From Octopus bimaculoides (Eukaryota): a stretch of DNA of 64,000 nt. The notes beneath the pieces were generated by a model. The model did no database searches and was not told where the DNA came from. It worked only from the letters and a program-made list of their open reading frames with translations. Each line of letters opens with the position of its first letter. Position 1 is the first letter of the stretch. Below, piece after piece: positions 12,621 to 24,794 of this stretch. A program made the translations under genes and the position numbers. The DNA is taken from NCBI RefSeq assembly GCF_001194135.2, contig NC_068989.1, forward strand, positions 75,978,452 through 76,042,451, in the 5' to 3' direction.

Positions 12621-14943
12621 TTCGTTTCAGAAACTTTCATCCGTTTTCTTCGAAGATAATTGTCGATCCTACCGCAATGCATTTAGAAAAGCTATTGATA
12701 ATCCACCGTACATTCCATGGATTTCCCATTTTTTAAACCACACAATAATTCCAACATGGAAAACTTACGTACATGGTTGGAAGAAAAACCGAATCCGAAA
12801 TTTACTAAATGAGAAACTACAACCACTTCAATGTAGAAGATACATAACTAATTCAAACTTGTATATCTCAGAGTTAACCAAAACCCGAAGTTATAAAGAT
12901 TGGAGGAATATGAGTGACCCGACGATAAAGCAATCTATCAAAGGTCCAAAAACTAATGAAGAAAATAATCTTGTAAATACAACTCAACATAAAGTATCAT
13001 ATAAAGAATTTTTTCCGGAAGTTAATAAATATCACATGGATATCAAGGACATAGATATCCAGAATGCAGAAGGTTCATATAAAAAAACAACAACTCAAAA
13101 ATTGAATAAAGCAGAGTTAAATCTCGCTTTAGGTCAAATAAAACATGGGATTGTATCCGACGATTTAACTAACAAAAAAGCCTATCGATTTCGCACTCAT
13201 TATCAAGTACAACGTTATCAATTAAAATCCAGCGACGAAAAAAGAGGAAAATCAACTTCTACAAAATCCAAAACAGATTCTTCTCCGACGACAAGTACTT
13301 CAGATAATATGCCAAAATCTACGTCGACCAGTAACGCAAACGGTGAAGAAAGTATTTCAATCGCATCAAGTTTTAGTTTGCCAACAGAAAATATAAACAA
13401 ATCGAGTGTTCCAAATAATAAAGGAAAAACAAATCAAATAGAAAAACGTAACGAAGCCAATGATCAGGAAGTGGACGAAAATATCTCTGCATCGTTTGTT
13501 GTAAGTCAAAACACAAAAGAAGGGCAAATAACTGGTGGTAAGCGAGTGCTTTCAGCAACAAACTCTGACAGCAGTGATTACAGGGAGGTTGTTGAAATTT
13601 CTCAAGAATATGTTAAAGAGAATGATACACAAAATATATGCAAAACCCTTCCGAAATTAAGTTTCTCTCAATCAAGCGTTTTGAATGAGAATGCTAACAA
13701 ATTAGTTCCGACAATGAGACGAAGGAGTGAAACTTGTTTTCATGTTGTTTACCAGCACCCTTTGTCAATGAATGAAAACATGAGCGAGCCAGAATACTTT
13801 CAAGGCGTTTCAGTGTCTTCATCGATAGAAAAACTCAGTAGAACATTACCAGATATTTCAGCAGAAAAGTTATCTTTCGAAAATATTAGTAAAGAAGTTA
13901 GTATTTTTCAAAAATATCCTGAAAAAACAAACTCTTTAAAACACAATCATGAAGAAGATGGCGTTTTAGAACATGATTATGAAGAATCTCATGCCATAGA
14001 ACAAGTTTCTAAAGAAATTGGCGTTTTCCATACAATTTCCGAGCAAGGTAGTATTTTGAAAAATATTCCTGGAGAAGATTGTGATCTTCAAGCAATTTCT
14101 GGTGAAGTTAAACCTTTCAATAATGTCTCCGACGAAGTGAGTATTGCCGAAAAGTTTCAGGAAGTATCCTGTGCTTTCAAACACCTTCGCGATGAAATTA
14201 TTGCATTGGAAAATTTGCCGGAAGAAGCCAATGTTTTAGAAAACATTCTTAACGAAAGTGATGCTTTCGATAAAATCCGTGACGTGGCCGGTGCTTTAGA
14301 AATGTTTGTCAAAGAAGTCGGTTGTTTCGAAATGCTTCTTCTCAAAGAAGACGCCTTCGAGAAAATTCGTGAAATAGCCGATGTTGTGAAAACAATTGTT
14401 GAAGAAGTTAGTGGCTATAAAAATGCTTGTAAACAAGTTACTGATAACATCTCGAATACATTAGTAAATGAGGCAAGTAGAGATGTAAACAAACAAATTA
14501 ATGAGAAACAGGAGAATAGACTATGTGAAGTTCCTTTGAAATTGAGTTACTCTAAGTCAAGTATTTCCAGTAAGAGTAGTGCTAAGTCAGTGAGTTACAT
14601 ATCAAGTAAAAGACATTTTAAAAATATCAACGAGAAAGATGGTAAGGACCAGTCTGTTAGATTTAATATTTCCAAGTCAAATATTTCAACAAAGATGACA
14701 AGTGAAATATCAAGTCGCTCGATGAGTGATGTAAGGAAACCTCGCTCAGCTTCTTTTAGATCATCCAATGAATCAGTTAAAAGTAATCCCACAGCTCCAT
14801 GTGTCCAGGCATCGAAGACTAAACCGCTTAAGAGAAATATTCCTCAAAATTCTATTCAAAAGAAGAAGCTGAAAAAGAGTGACGAGAAAACAGAAGCGAA
14901 CACCAAAAAAGAGAATATATTGCAAGCGAAAAACATACATACG
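12621..14943 (+). CDS. Gene A giant exon: end of RasGEF domain (DNCRSYRNAFRKAIDNPPYIPW) plus about 720-aa Ser/Glu/Lys-rich tail
   Basis: Inside the 827-aa ORF 12586-15069; tctcacag acceptor (phase 2) and ACG/gtaaat donor (phase 0) mirror gene B exon 59025-59931; 'N..YR...PP.IP' is a RasGEF motif. Confidence 0.88.
13870..14439 (+). repeat. Decayed 30-bp (10-aa) coding tandem repeat, about 19 units
   Basis: LSFENISKEV/SIFQKYPEKT/GVLEHDYEES/HAIEQVSKEI/IALENLPEEA/NVLENILNES/DAFDKIRDVA/DAFEKIREIA, etc. Confidence 0.7.
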
Positions 14944-15084
14944 GTAAATATAACATCTGTTACAAGAGTGATATTTGTATACATTCATGTATATACATTA
15001 TATGTACACACACACATACACAGAGTAAATGTAATATTTGTTCGATTTAGAGTGTATTCACCAAGATGACCACCCCGTTGGGAA

Positions 15085-15265
15085 TTCAGGACTGCTAAAA
15101 TGTTTCTAGCTTTGAATAAAAAAAAATATAGGAGGACCTATTAATTATAATTTTATTCAACATAGTCGTCTCTCAGATTAATACACTTATGGCAGTGGTC
15201 CTTCAGTTTTTCTAAGCCCTGTAAAAGAATACAGAAATTTGGGAACTTTTTAGCACCCCTTGAAT
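15085..15265. mobile_element. Mariner-derived MITE (degraded)
   Basis: Similar to 29246-29466 (cacttatggcagtggtccttcagtttttctaagccctgtaaaag; ggaactttttagcacccc). Confidence 0.65.
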
Positions 15266-15280
15266 ATATATATATATGTG

Positions 15281-15339
<59 letters not shown>

Positions 15340-16114
15340 GTATGTATATAAATAAACGTTCAAAGGGTAAAGGTTGACGGACTCTTTAAAGCTTCAGCTG
15401 GTTCATCTTCATCTGACAGATCTGACAAAACTTCGAGTTCACAGTCAATTTTTCCTTGTAAAAGTTTATAAATATGTACGCTATTAAAAAGTACTGAGTG
15501 ATCAAATAACTGGTGACTCATCGGGCAAAATAGACAGAAGAGTCCATCGTCTTGTATTATTCTAATAAACATCTTAATTGCATTGAAGGGGTTTCCAACA
15601 TCTACGATAATCACTAATAGGCATCTCCATGTAAAAACTTAACTATTATTAATATAAAAGTAATTAATATCTAGCATTTAATATTTATAAAAGTTATTCG
15701 TGCAGTTAATTGCAGAAGAAAATGAAAATATTTTTACATTTAATTATTAATTAAACATTTAACTTCTCGAAGTTAAAATAGTTATTCATTTAATTGCAGC
15801 CGATTAAAATATTCTAGACTTAATCCTTAATTAAATGTTTAACTTGTAATAGTTATAATAGTTATTTTTCTAGTTAATTCTAGAGGTTACTAAAAATATG
15901 CAACTAATGTTAACTATTTAACTTTTAATAGTTGTAATAGTCACTCATCCATTTAATTACAGAAGTTGATAAAAACATATTAAACACTTAATAGTTATAT
16001 TTGTTATCAGCCAGTTAATTCTAGACTTTGATATAAAAAAAAAGTCTCGATAAAAAAGTGTATATAAAAAAAGAACAAGAGAAAAAAACCCATTCCGTTT
16101 AACTACTATTCTAG

Positions 16115-16214
16115 AAACAAAGAGTATTAAACACAGAGAAAAAAGCATCTAACAGTACCGGTGGCGAAAGATGTTGCAAATGCGGCGCTGAAACAGATTC
16201 AAACTTAAACAAAG
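16115..16214 (+). CDS. Gene A probable exon (KQRVLNTEKKASNSTGGERCCKCGAETDSNLNK)
   Basis: actattctag acceptor, AAG/gttaat donor, 100 nt, phase 0->1 like gene B exon 61124-61190; no clear sequence homology. Confidence 0.55.
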
Positions 16215-16894
16215 GTTAATATATCATTTTCTACCTTTATGTATGTGTTGTGTCTAGTAAAGTTGATGTTGAACACTTAAGCATGGAACAAGATTTTACA
16301 AGTTTTGTCGTTTTGAAAGACCGATGGATTGGATTTAGTGGGATAAAGTGTTACAATCAGTTGATCATCTGACCCTAAATATCCTTGTGGTATTTAGTTA
16401 CAATTTCGAACATTTGGATTTCTAATCCTATCGTGTTTACTTGATCCTTCATGCTTCGGAGTCAATGAAATAAGCACTGCTTAGAAACATTTAACCTTGT
16501 ATCACAGACCTATCTGAGACGCAATTTCTCACTCCTTCTTTATAGACATCTTTGCTATCCAGGCAACATTTATACTCAAAATTCACTCTAGAAAACTGTG
16601 CGTACTTCATATGTGGATTCCACTTTCTTCGTCCCTTACCTTTTTCACGCAGGTATCATTTACAAGAGTTTCTAGTTATTCTGGTTCAAAGATTCCCTCA
16701 TCCATTTCTCAAAATAAACTTCCTTCCTTCCTGCCCGTAGCAAGCTCAAAATCATAAGTACATGGTTCTACTGTGAAGTGCTTAAATTTCTAAGTAATGT
16801 TCTTGTATCGAAGAATAAGTAATTGCTCTATGGGTGTTGGTGATTCGAGAAATTGATTAGCCTTTGATCACTTTGCTAATGAGAATATATAGGC

Positions 16895-17125
16895 ACTTTG
16901 TAAGGCGGTGAGATCGCAGAATCATTAGCACGCTGGGAAAAATGATTAGAAGCATTTCGTCCGTCTATATGTTCTGATTTAAAGTTCTGCTGAGCTCGAC
17001 TTTGCCCTTCATCCTTTCCAGAGTCGATAAAATAAGTACCAGTTGAGCATTAGGGTCGATGTAAATGACTTAGCCCCTCCCTCGAAGTTGCTGGCCTGGT
17101 GTCAAACTTCAAACTAATATTTAAG
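16895..17125 (+). mobile_element. SINE family A
   Basis: aaggcggtgagatcgcagaatc...gtcgataaaataagtaccagttgagc. Confidence 0.85.
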
Positions 17126-17624
17126 CACCCGATGATGATATATTTCACATGGTTGATGCTCTTTTGTTATTTTATATGATAGGACAGGTTTGTTTTATTT
17201 TGTCTAATTAGCATTGCTACGACATTCGTTAAAAGCCGTATTTATTAGTTTTGTTAGTCTGTATGAATTAGAAAGATATTGACGAAGAGATTAGAAACTC
17301 ACAAATCTTGGGGCTTATTCACAACTGTCAGTATTTTGATGACCATTTAGACATTGCAACGTAATCATTCGACTCTCAGTTCTTAGCTTCTGCTTGCTAC
17401 GAGGAACAATGATCAAATCATGTAGGTAAGTTTCCGGCGATAGATTGGCGTCAAATCCAGGAACACGCTTAAATCTCATCCGCTTAACGTTATAAATAGC
17501 TGAAACTACTCACTGCCCCTCATAATTTATCTTAGCACTTAGAAACCATTTGTTTCATAAAAATAGCAAGTTTGATGTTTAAATAAACATATTTATATGC
17601 ATTTTTCATTTCGTTTTGTTTTAG

Positions 17625-17995
17625 AGGATCACATTGTTCAAAATTCGAACCGCTCCGCCCTGAATCTACGGGATAAAATGAGATCAAAGATAAGGGAAAT
17701 ACTTATGAAAAAGTACAAAGGGAATTGTTCAACTACCAATCTTGATCAGACTTTATATAACTTCTATAAACTCAAAGGTGGGAAAAGCTGTTCTGCAGCA
17801 TATTTCGATCTCTGGAAATGCTCACTGTGTGGTTGTGATGTTTGTATCTATGCTGATCTCCCTCAGTCTTTACTTCTATGTTTTCAGAAAGCAGCAAACT
17901 GTTACAACTTTCAAAGTCAATATAACGTAAGAATGTTTCTGAAATCCTACATTTTCACAGAAATGGAAAAATTGTTTACCGAAAGTAAAAATTAA
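17625..17995 (+). CDS. Gene A probable terminal exon (EDHIVQNSNRSALNL...CSLCGCDVC...TESKN*)
   Basis: Strong polypyrimidine tract tttcgttttgttttag; phase 1 entry fits the previous exon; 123-codon open frame in AT-rich DNA. Confidence 0.55.
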
Positions 17996-18033
17996 CATTC
18001 TTTCCTGAAAACAAAACAAGAAGGAAAAATGAC

Positions 18034-18070
<37 letters not shown>

Positions 18071-18639
18071 CTCATACACATACGATGAAATAAAGCAATA
18101 CATATTTTATCATACTGAAGCCTAAGAGTGAAAATGTTCGAGTTAAAACAAGTATTGAGTCTTGACCCCTCCTCTCTGTGGTACGTATCGTTGCGATGTA
18201 TTTACAGAAAGTGGCTAGCTGGCAGAATGGCTAGCTCGTCGGTCTTGCGGTATTTGTATTGGTAATTTAAGTTCCGGGTTCAATTCCCACCACTATCAAA
18301 CTTTGTCTTTCATCCCCACCCCAGGGTCGATAAAATAAATACTAGCCAAGTACTGGAGTCAACGGTTTCGACTATCCCGCCCCTCTCAAAACGTGTTTGT
18401 GTGTGTGTGTGTGGGTGTACTTAGGTGCTATGTCTAAAATCAATATTTATCGGGTGGGACGAAAAGCATCACAGCAGCGACTAGTGACAACTCCGTATTT
18501 TTAAACATAACGCGTCCATCATCGAATATCTTCGGACGAATAGTGCAGTAAATTTGCCTTTTAACGATGTATTTACGTGAAATATGATACATAAATGGAT
18601 ATTTTAAGCTAATCCTGCTTCTATTGCTTACTGCATATA

Positions 18640-18900
18640 ACTGACGTCGTCTGTTATGACGACTAGCGTCCCTGTTGATCAAGTCAACGGATTACTCCGC
18701 TAGTGAAACTAACGTGGAAGTGACTGAGCAATCCACAAGCACGACTACCCTTAACGTAGTTCTTAGGCAGATTCATTGTGACACTGAATATTACTTAAAA
18801 TTACAGGTACAACTCATTTTTGCCTGCTAAGTGAACAACGTGAAATGAAGTGTCGTGTTGAAGGACACCAGCAAAGACACAACCCTGCGATCGTGAGTGC
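18640..18900 (-). mobile_element. SINE family B variant
   Basis: Reverse complement of the 6400-6725-type element. Confidence 0.7.
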
Positions 18901-18929
18901 CTGCATATGCAACATATAACGAACATGCA

Positions 18930-19099
18930 TACAGGCACAGGAGTGGCTGTGTGGTAAGTAGCTTGCTTACCAACCACATGGTTCTGGGTTCAGTCTCACT
19001 GCGTGGCACCTTGGGTAAGTGTCTTCTACTATAGCCTCGGGCCACCGACCAAAGCCTTGTGAGTGGATTTGGTAGACGGAAACTGAAATAAGCCCATCG

Positions 19100-19130
<31 letters not shown>

Positions 19131-19390
19131 NNNNNNNNNNNNNNNNNNNNNNNNNNNNGTGTGTGTGTGTGTGTGTGTGTGCGTGCTTGTGTGTCTGTGT
19201 GTCTGTGTTTGTCGCCCCCCAACATCGCTTGACAACCGATGCTGGTGTGTTTACGACCCCGTAACTTAGCGGTTCGGCAGAATAAGTACTACGCTTACAA
19301 AGAATAAGTCCCAGGGTCGATTCTCTCGACTAAAGGCGGTGCTCCAGCATGGCCACAGTCAAATTACTGTAACAAGTAAAAGAGTAAAAG
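18930..19390 (+). mobile_element. SINE family C, near full length (gap inside its microsatellite)
   Basis: aggcacaggagtggctgtgtggtaag tRNA-like head through ...aacaagtaaaagagtaaaagag tail. Confidence 0.85.
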
Positions 19391-19409
19391 AGATACATAC
19401 ATACACACA

Positions 19410-20286
19410 CATATACATACATACATACATACATATGGGTTTACAATCCAGGAACAGGGAATATCAACCATGTACCTGATGCACCAAAGGGGTACGGGTG
19501 CAGGTAAAGCCGTAAAGTGTGACAACCGATACAGTGTGACCTTGTGGAGTTCACACTGAAGATATCACCCACATTATAAGCAGTTATCCGAAAATGTCAT
19601 CACGGTATTATCTACCGATGAGACATGACGTTGTAGCTAGGACACTCTATAATAAAATGCGTCGGAAGTATAATTTCGAGGATAAAAAGATAAGAATCCA
19701 CAATATGGTAGAAGCCATAGCCACTCATAATAAAAAGGAATACTGGGGGAATGTATCAGTGAAGGCCTCAAAATGTAAGTACAACAGACCTGATATAATG
19801 ATTTGGGATAGAGAAGAGAAACTGTGCACAGTTGTGGAAATTAGCTGCCCAGTGAACGTTAACATAAAGCTGAAGATCAGTGAAAAAGAGAACACCTATG
19901 CTAAACTATTGAGATATCTACAGTTACTCTATCCAGATTACAAGTTCAGATTTATACCTTAGGCCTTGTGCCTTTAGCAAAGACGATTATTATTATTACT
20001 CTTTTACTCTTTTACTTGTTTCAGTCATTTGAATGTGGCCATGCTGGAGCACCGCCTTTTAGTCGAGCTAANNNNNNNNNNCCACTCACAAAGCTATGGT
20101 CGGCCCGAGGCTATAGTAGAAGACCCTTGCCCAAGGTGCCACGCAGTGAGACTGAACCCGGAACCATGTGGTTGGTAAGCAAGATACTTACCACACAGCC
20201 ACTCCTGCGCCTAAAACCTTCCAGAAGTTTATCATTTGAATATATATGAGCATGTCTAGATATGCAACACAACAATAAATCTTCAC

Positions 20287-20317
<31 letters not shown>

Positions 20318-20430
20318 CATACATACATGCATGCATACATGCATACATACATACATACATACATACATACAAACAAAACTACTCTGTTGTTGATGTTGAA
20401 ATTCCAATGAAGGAGCCTTGTATAGAGCGT
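19410..20430 (+). mobile_element. RLE-type LINE 3' fragment (zinc knuckle + endonuclease), interrupted by an inverted family C SINE at about 19995-20210
   Basis: EDITHIISS, RHDVVA...RPDIMIWDREEKLCTVVEISCP...EKENTY (PD-(D/E)xK RLE); the tail KTFQKFII* resumes at about 20215. Confidence 0.8.
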
Positions 20431-21473
20431 GCTTACCGATGTAAGCATTGGGAGAAACACACCTTTAGTTCATATAAGCGATATCTATCATTATATATAA
20501 TTCAAACATTGATTTTGTTCTTACATTTCACTTTCACTACATATATCTTTTTCCAAGACTATAGGGTTTTATTTCATTTGCATATCGTTCTATATTTCTC
20601 ATTTATTTGGTTTCTGATTTTTTCTTTCCTTTACTCCTCTTTCTATAGGCTACCTTTAAAAACTTAATAGCGTTCAGTTCATCACTTTACATATCCATTA
20701 TATTCTGTTAAAATGTCTTATTGACGATTTTTATTTCTTCATTTCCCTGAAGAGAAGATTACATTGTTTTACATCATTTTATTCCTTTGGAATAATACCA
20801 AAACAAGTGTCAGAAGTAAACGAATTTGAATAACACTTGCGTTTAACTCCATTTATTTATTTATATATATTATACAAAATATTTCACGTAAACCCGGAGT
20901 TTTGTACCTTTAAAAACAAGGTATTACGCCCTTTTTACTTGTGTAATTTTTTGCTACCCTGGTAACCAGTTATCTATTTTTTCCGTAGTAATTGTAAACA
21001 ATGGAAAAATGCACACNNNNNNNNNNNNNNNNNNNNNNNNNNNNNNNNNNNNNNNNNNNNNNNNNNNNNNNNNNNNNNNNNNNNNNNNNNNNNNNNNNNN
21101 NNNNNNNNNNNNNNNNNNNNNNNNNNNNNNNNNNNNNNNNNNNNNNNNNNNNNNNNNNNNNNNNNNNNNNNNNNNNNNNNNNNNNNNNNNNNNNNNNNNN
21201 NNNNNNNNNNNNNNNNNNNNNNNNNNNNNNNNNNNNNNNNNNNNNNNNNNNNNNNNNNNNNNNNNNNNNNNNNNNNNNNNNNNNNNNNNNNNNNNNNNNN
21301 NNNNNNNNNNNNNNNNNNNNNNNNNNNNNNNNNNNNNNNNNNNNNNNNNNNNNNNNNNNNNNATATATATATATATATATATAGTTTAAATTTATAGAAA
21401 ACAAACACAAAGACAGGTGCACGAACAACAAACAGGTGTGTGAACAACAAGCAGGTGCATTAGTTTGAGGCTC

Positions 21474-21526
<53 letters not shown>

Positions 21527-21869
21527 CCAATAATAAAAAAACCAAGCAAAAGAACAGCGGACGGGTAATCATAAATACTATAAAACAGTTGATGCAAGAA
21601 TAAACTAATACTGCAAATACCCAACAACATGAACAAAACCCACAACATGTGTCATAGAAGGCCGATACACGACAGAAGAACAAAACCTGCGCTACATAAA
21701 CAATACACAAGATAAAATCTAATACAACTGAAGACTCAAACAAAACCCCATAACAAAACGTACTGATACAATGCAATATCCACCCCCGCCAAAAAAATAA
21801 AATGCAGTACCCCACCAGCACAAAGGTGCAACAGGTGATGCAATAGAAAGTTGCTTGAAACTTTCAGAT

Positions 21870-23118
21870 GTCGAGAAATAATAATAGTGGTGATGACAAC
21901 TGGTTGTAACGGCGAAAATTAAGCTGGACCTTTAGGAGAAGGCATCTCGCTCCACAAGGAGGAGGAAGTAGACCAGCGAAGAAAACAGGATAGTGATGCA
22001 GTGCTACTTAGAAAAGTGAACCTAAAAGAAGGGGCTATATAAGGGTATATTTGAAGTGACTGAACAGTGAATAAGCAAATGTTTGAGTATGTTATGCATA
22101 GCAGACAACATAAGAGAATTACTTAGCTTTAGCATGAAGAAAAGGAAAGTAGATCTCTACTCAGGTGACACACTTTTAAAGAAAGTTAATATCAAAACAG
22201 GAATTTTTCAGAGGGACTAGCTGACTCCTTTAATATTTGTTCTATGTTTGATTCCTCCTCCCTCATTAATATTAAGGAAGACAAAGGCAGGATATCAGTT
22301 CAGAAATAGTAAGGGAAAAATTAATCATTTGTTCTACATGGAAGATATGAAGCTTTTAGTATGAATACAGACTGTAAGACTATTCAGCAATGATATAGGC
22401 ATAGATAAGTGTGCAATATTAGTCATGAGAAGGGGACAGGTCTTCAGCAGCGAAGGCATCCAATTACCAGATTACAAGACATTAAAATTATTGAAGGGAG
22501 GGGAGAGTTATAAGTATCTAAGAGTATTAGACTCTAACAGAGAACTAACTATAGAAATAAAAACGAAAATTGAGAAGGAGAACATCAGAAGGGTGAGGAA
22601 GCTAATGAAATCAAAGCTAAATGGTTAAAATCTAGTAAAGGCTGTAAATACTTGGGCAGTCTCATTACTTAGATATTCTGCAGCTTTTGTAGATTGGATA
22701 AAAACTGAATTAGCCAAGCTGGACAGAAGAACTAGGAAGGAATTCAATATGACTAGAGGACTACGGGAGCAGCAAGATTATACCTACCTAGAAAGGAAGG
22801 TGGAAGAGGATTAATATCAGTGGAAGACTGCATTGAGTTAGCTAGAATAGAAATAGACTCATATGTAGGTAATAGTGAAGAAAGTTTATTAAAAGCTGCT
22901 AGACATAGGAAAACCAAAACACTAAACGAACTTAAAAATCAGAAAAAAGAACAGAAATTATCTGACTGGCAGGTGTTGCATGGTAGATTCCAAAAGATAG
23001 TTTCAGCAAATAGTAGTAGGGAGACAGGGTTATGGTTGCAGAAAGCTGAAGAGGGAGATAGAAAGTTTGTTAGTAGCTGCATAAGATCAAGCATTAAGGA
23101 CTAATTGGATAAAAAGCC
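21870..23118 (+). mobile_element. Decayed LINE reverse transcriptase region (RLE-clade-like)
   Basis: Frameshifted peptides GIFQ(R)D..PLIFVLC, KINHLFYMEDMKL (YMDD box), YKYL, KSKLNG, KEGGRGLISVEDC, LHGRF. Confidence 0.85.
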
Positions 23119-23139
23119 AATAATAATAATAATAATTTT

Positions 23140-23342
23140 TACTATAGGCACAAGGCCTGAAATTTCGTGAGAGGGAGCAGTCGATTAGATCGACCTTGTA
23201 CGCAGCTAGTACTTAATTTATCGACCCTGAAAGGTGAAAGGCAAAGTCGACCTCGGGGGAATTTGAACTCAGAACGTAAAGACAAGCGAAATACCGCTAA
23301 GCATTTCGCCCGGCGTGCTAACTATTCTGCCAGCTCGCCACC
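23140..23342 (-). mobile_element. SINE family A inserted between (AAT)n tracts
   Basis: ggcaaagtcgacctcgggggaatttgaactcagaacg...gccagctcgcc, flanked by (TAA)n on both sides. Confidence 0.85.
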
Positions 23343-23391
<49 letters not shown>

Positions 23392-23393
23392 TG

Positions 23394-23429
<36 letters not shown>

Positions 23430-23807
23430 TCTATTCGTCCTTCTTAGTGTTGTGGTTTCTCTTTTCCATTTTGGGCCCTATAACATTTTCTGTTTTTTCA
23501 GGATCACATCTACTCTTACCACCAAATACATACATAACTGCTCACATTCCCCAATAAACCTTGCCATTGGTCAAAATTGATAAACAACCCTTCAGTTGTA
23601 CATTCGCTGCTTCCAGCGTGAATGCCATATCACAGGAGAAAATAAATACATGAATATGATCCACCCGATATCCATAGATACTACGGACTGTACTGTAAAC
23701 ATTCCAGGAATACGGACTATGATCGTAAGAAACATGCAATTTGTGGAAACGCGCGTTATGGTGCATTAAAATATGTATAAATTCCATCCATGGAATTTTA
23801 TTATTAC

Positions 23808-23864
<57 letters not shown>

Positions 23865-24013
23865 TACTATATTTATCCTACATTATATCGGCGCAGCTCA
23901 ATGCAGCCCCATAAAACTGCTATTGCTAGTTGGTATCATTAGGCTGTAGCCGGTATAATAAAATAGGAAATTTATATTCATTCTCAAAAGCGTTTCCCGT
24001 AAATGAACATAAA

Positions 24014-24066
<53 letters not shown>

Positions 24067-24282
24067 AAACACACACACAAACACAAACATACACACACAT
24101 AAATTTGAGTGATGTTTCTCAGTCCGTTACGTTTTCTATGCTCGTTAACTCCTCCTAGATCTTTGGTGCAAAGTTAATTTCCTACCATATTTTATTTTCC
24201 TTGCTTTTACCATACGTGTATATCATTATGGTCTCCATTTGTGGCTAGTGTATAGCTATAAATTATGCATGTTTTATGAAAA

Positions 24283-24794
24283 CGTATCCCTCTAATTATA
24301 ACTTTTATGCATTATTTGTTTAACTCGAGAAGTAAAGCTTTTCATTTGGTTTAAATAACCTTAATTCTGATTGGAGACGGGCATATTTTATTTGATAAAT
24401 TCTATTTTCCATACATTTTTTTATGAATCAAATTCATAACTATTTTCCTTTTAGTCTTGAGCAGAACGAGGATGCTATATACTGTATTATTTTGCGTACA
24501 TTGATTCCGAATGAATTTATCTAATGTTGGGGTTCGTACATCGTTACGTGAACATGTGGTAGCCATCATGTAGCCATCATCGAGTAACGAGAACCTTAAC
24601 AATACATTTCTTATATCATACAAAGAACAACATAAGAAAATCTGCCAATGTGCATACCACAACATTCTCTGAGTGCAGCTGCAAATTTGCACGAGATATG
24701 CGAACTCTAAGTTGCACTGGGATGCGCGGATATTATAGAAAATTAAGGAGAATTGTGCAGCAATTCTAATTACAGAAGCTTAGAGGGAACCATG
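24283..24794. mobile_element. Possible degraded hAT-like non-autonomous element
   Basis: Imperfect terminal inverted repeats gtatccctctaa / ttagagggaacc; no TSD confirmed. Confidence 0.3.

Noticed and set aside
12586-15069. 827-aa ORF as a stand-alone intronless gene
   Set aside because: It starts mid-RasGEF domain; splice sites at 12621 and 14943 fit the paralog's exon, so it is an internal exon.
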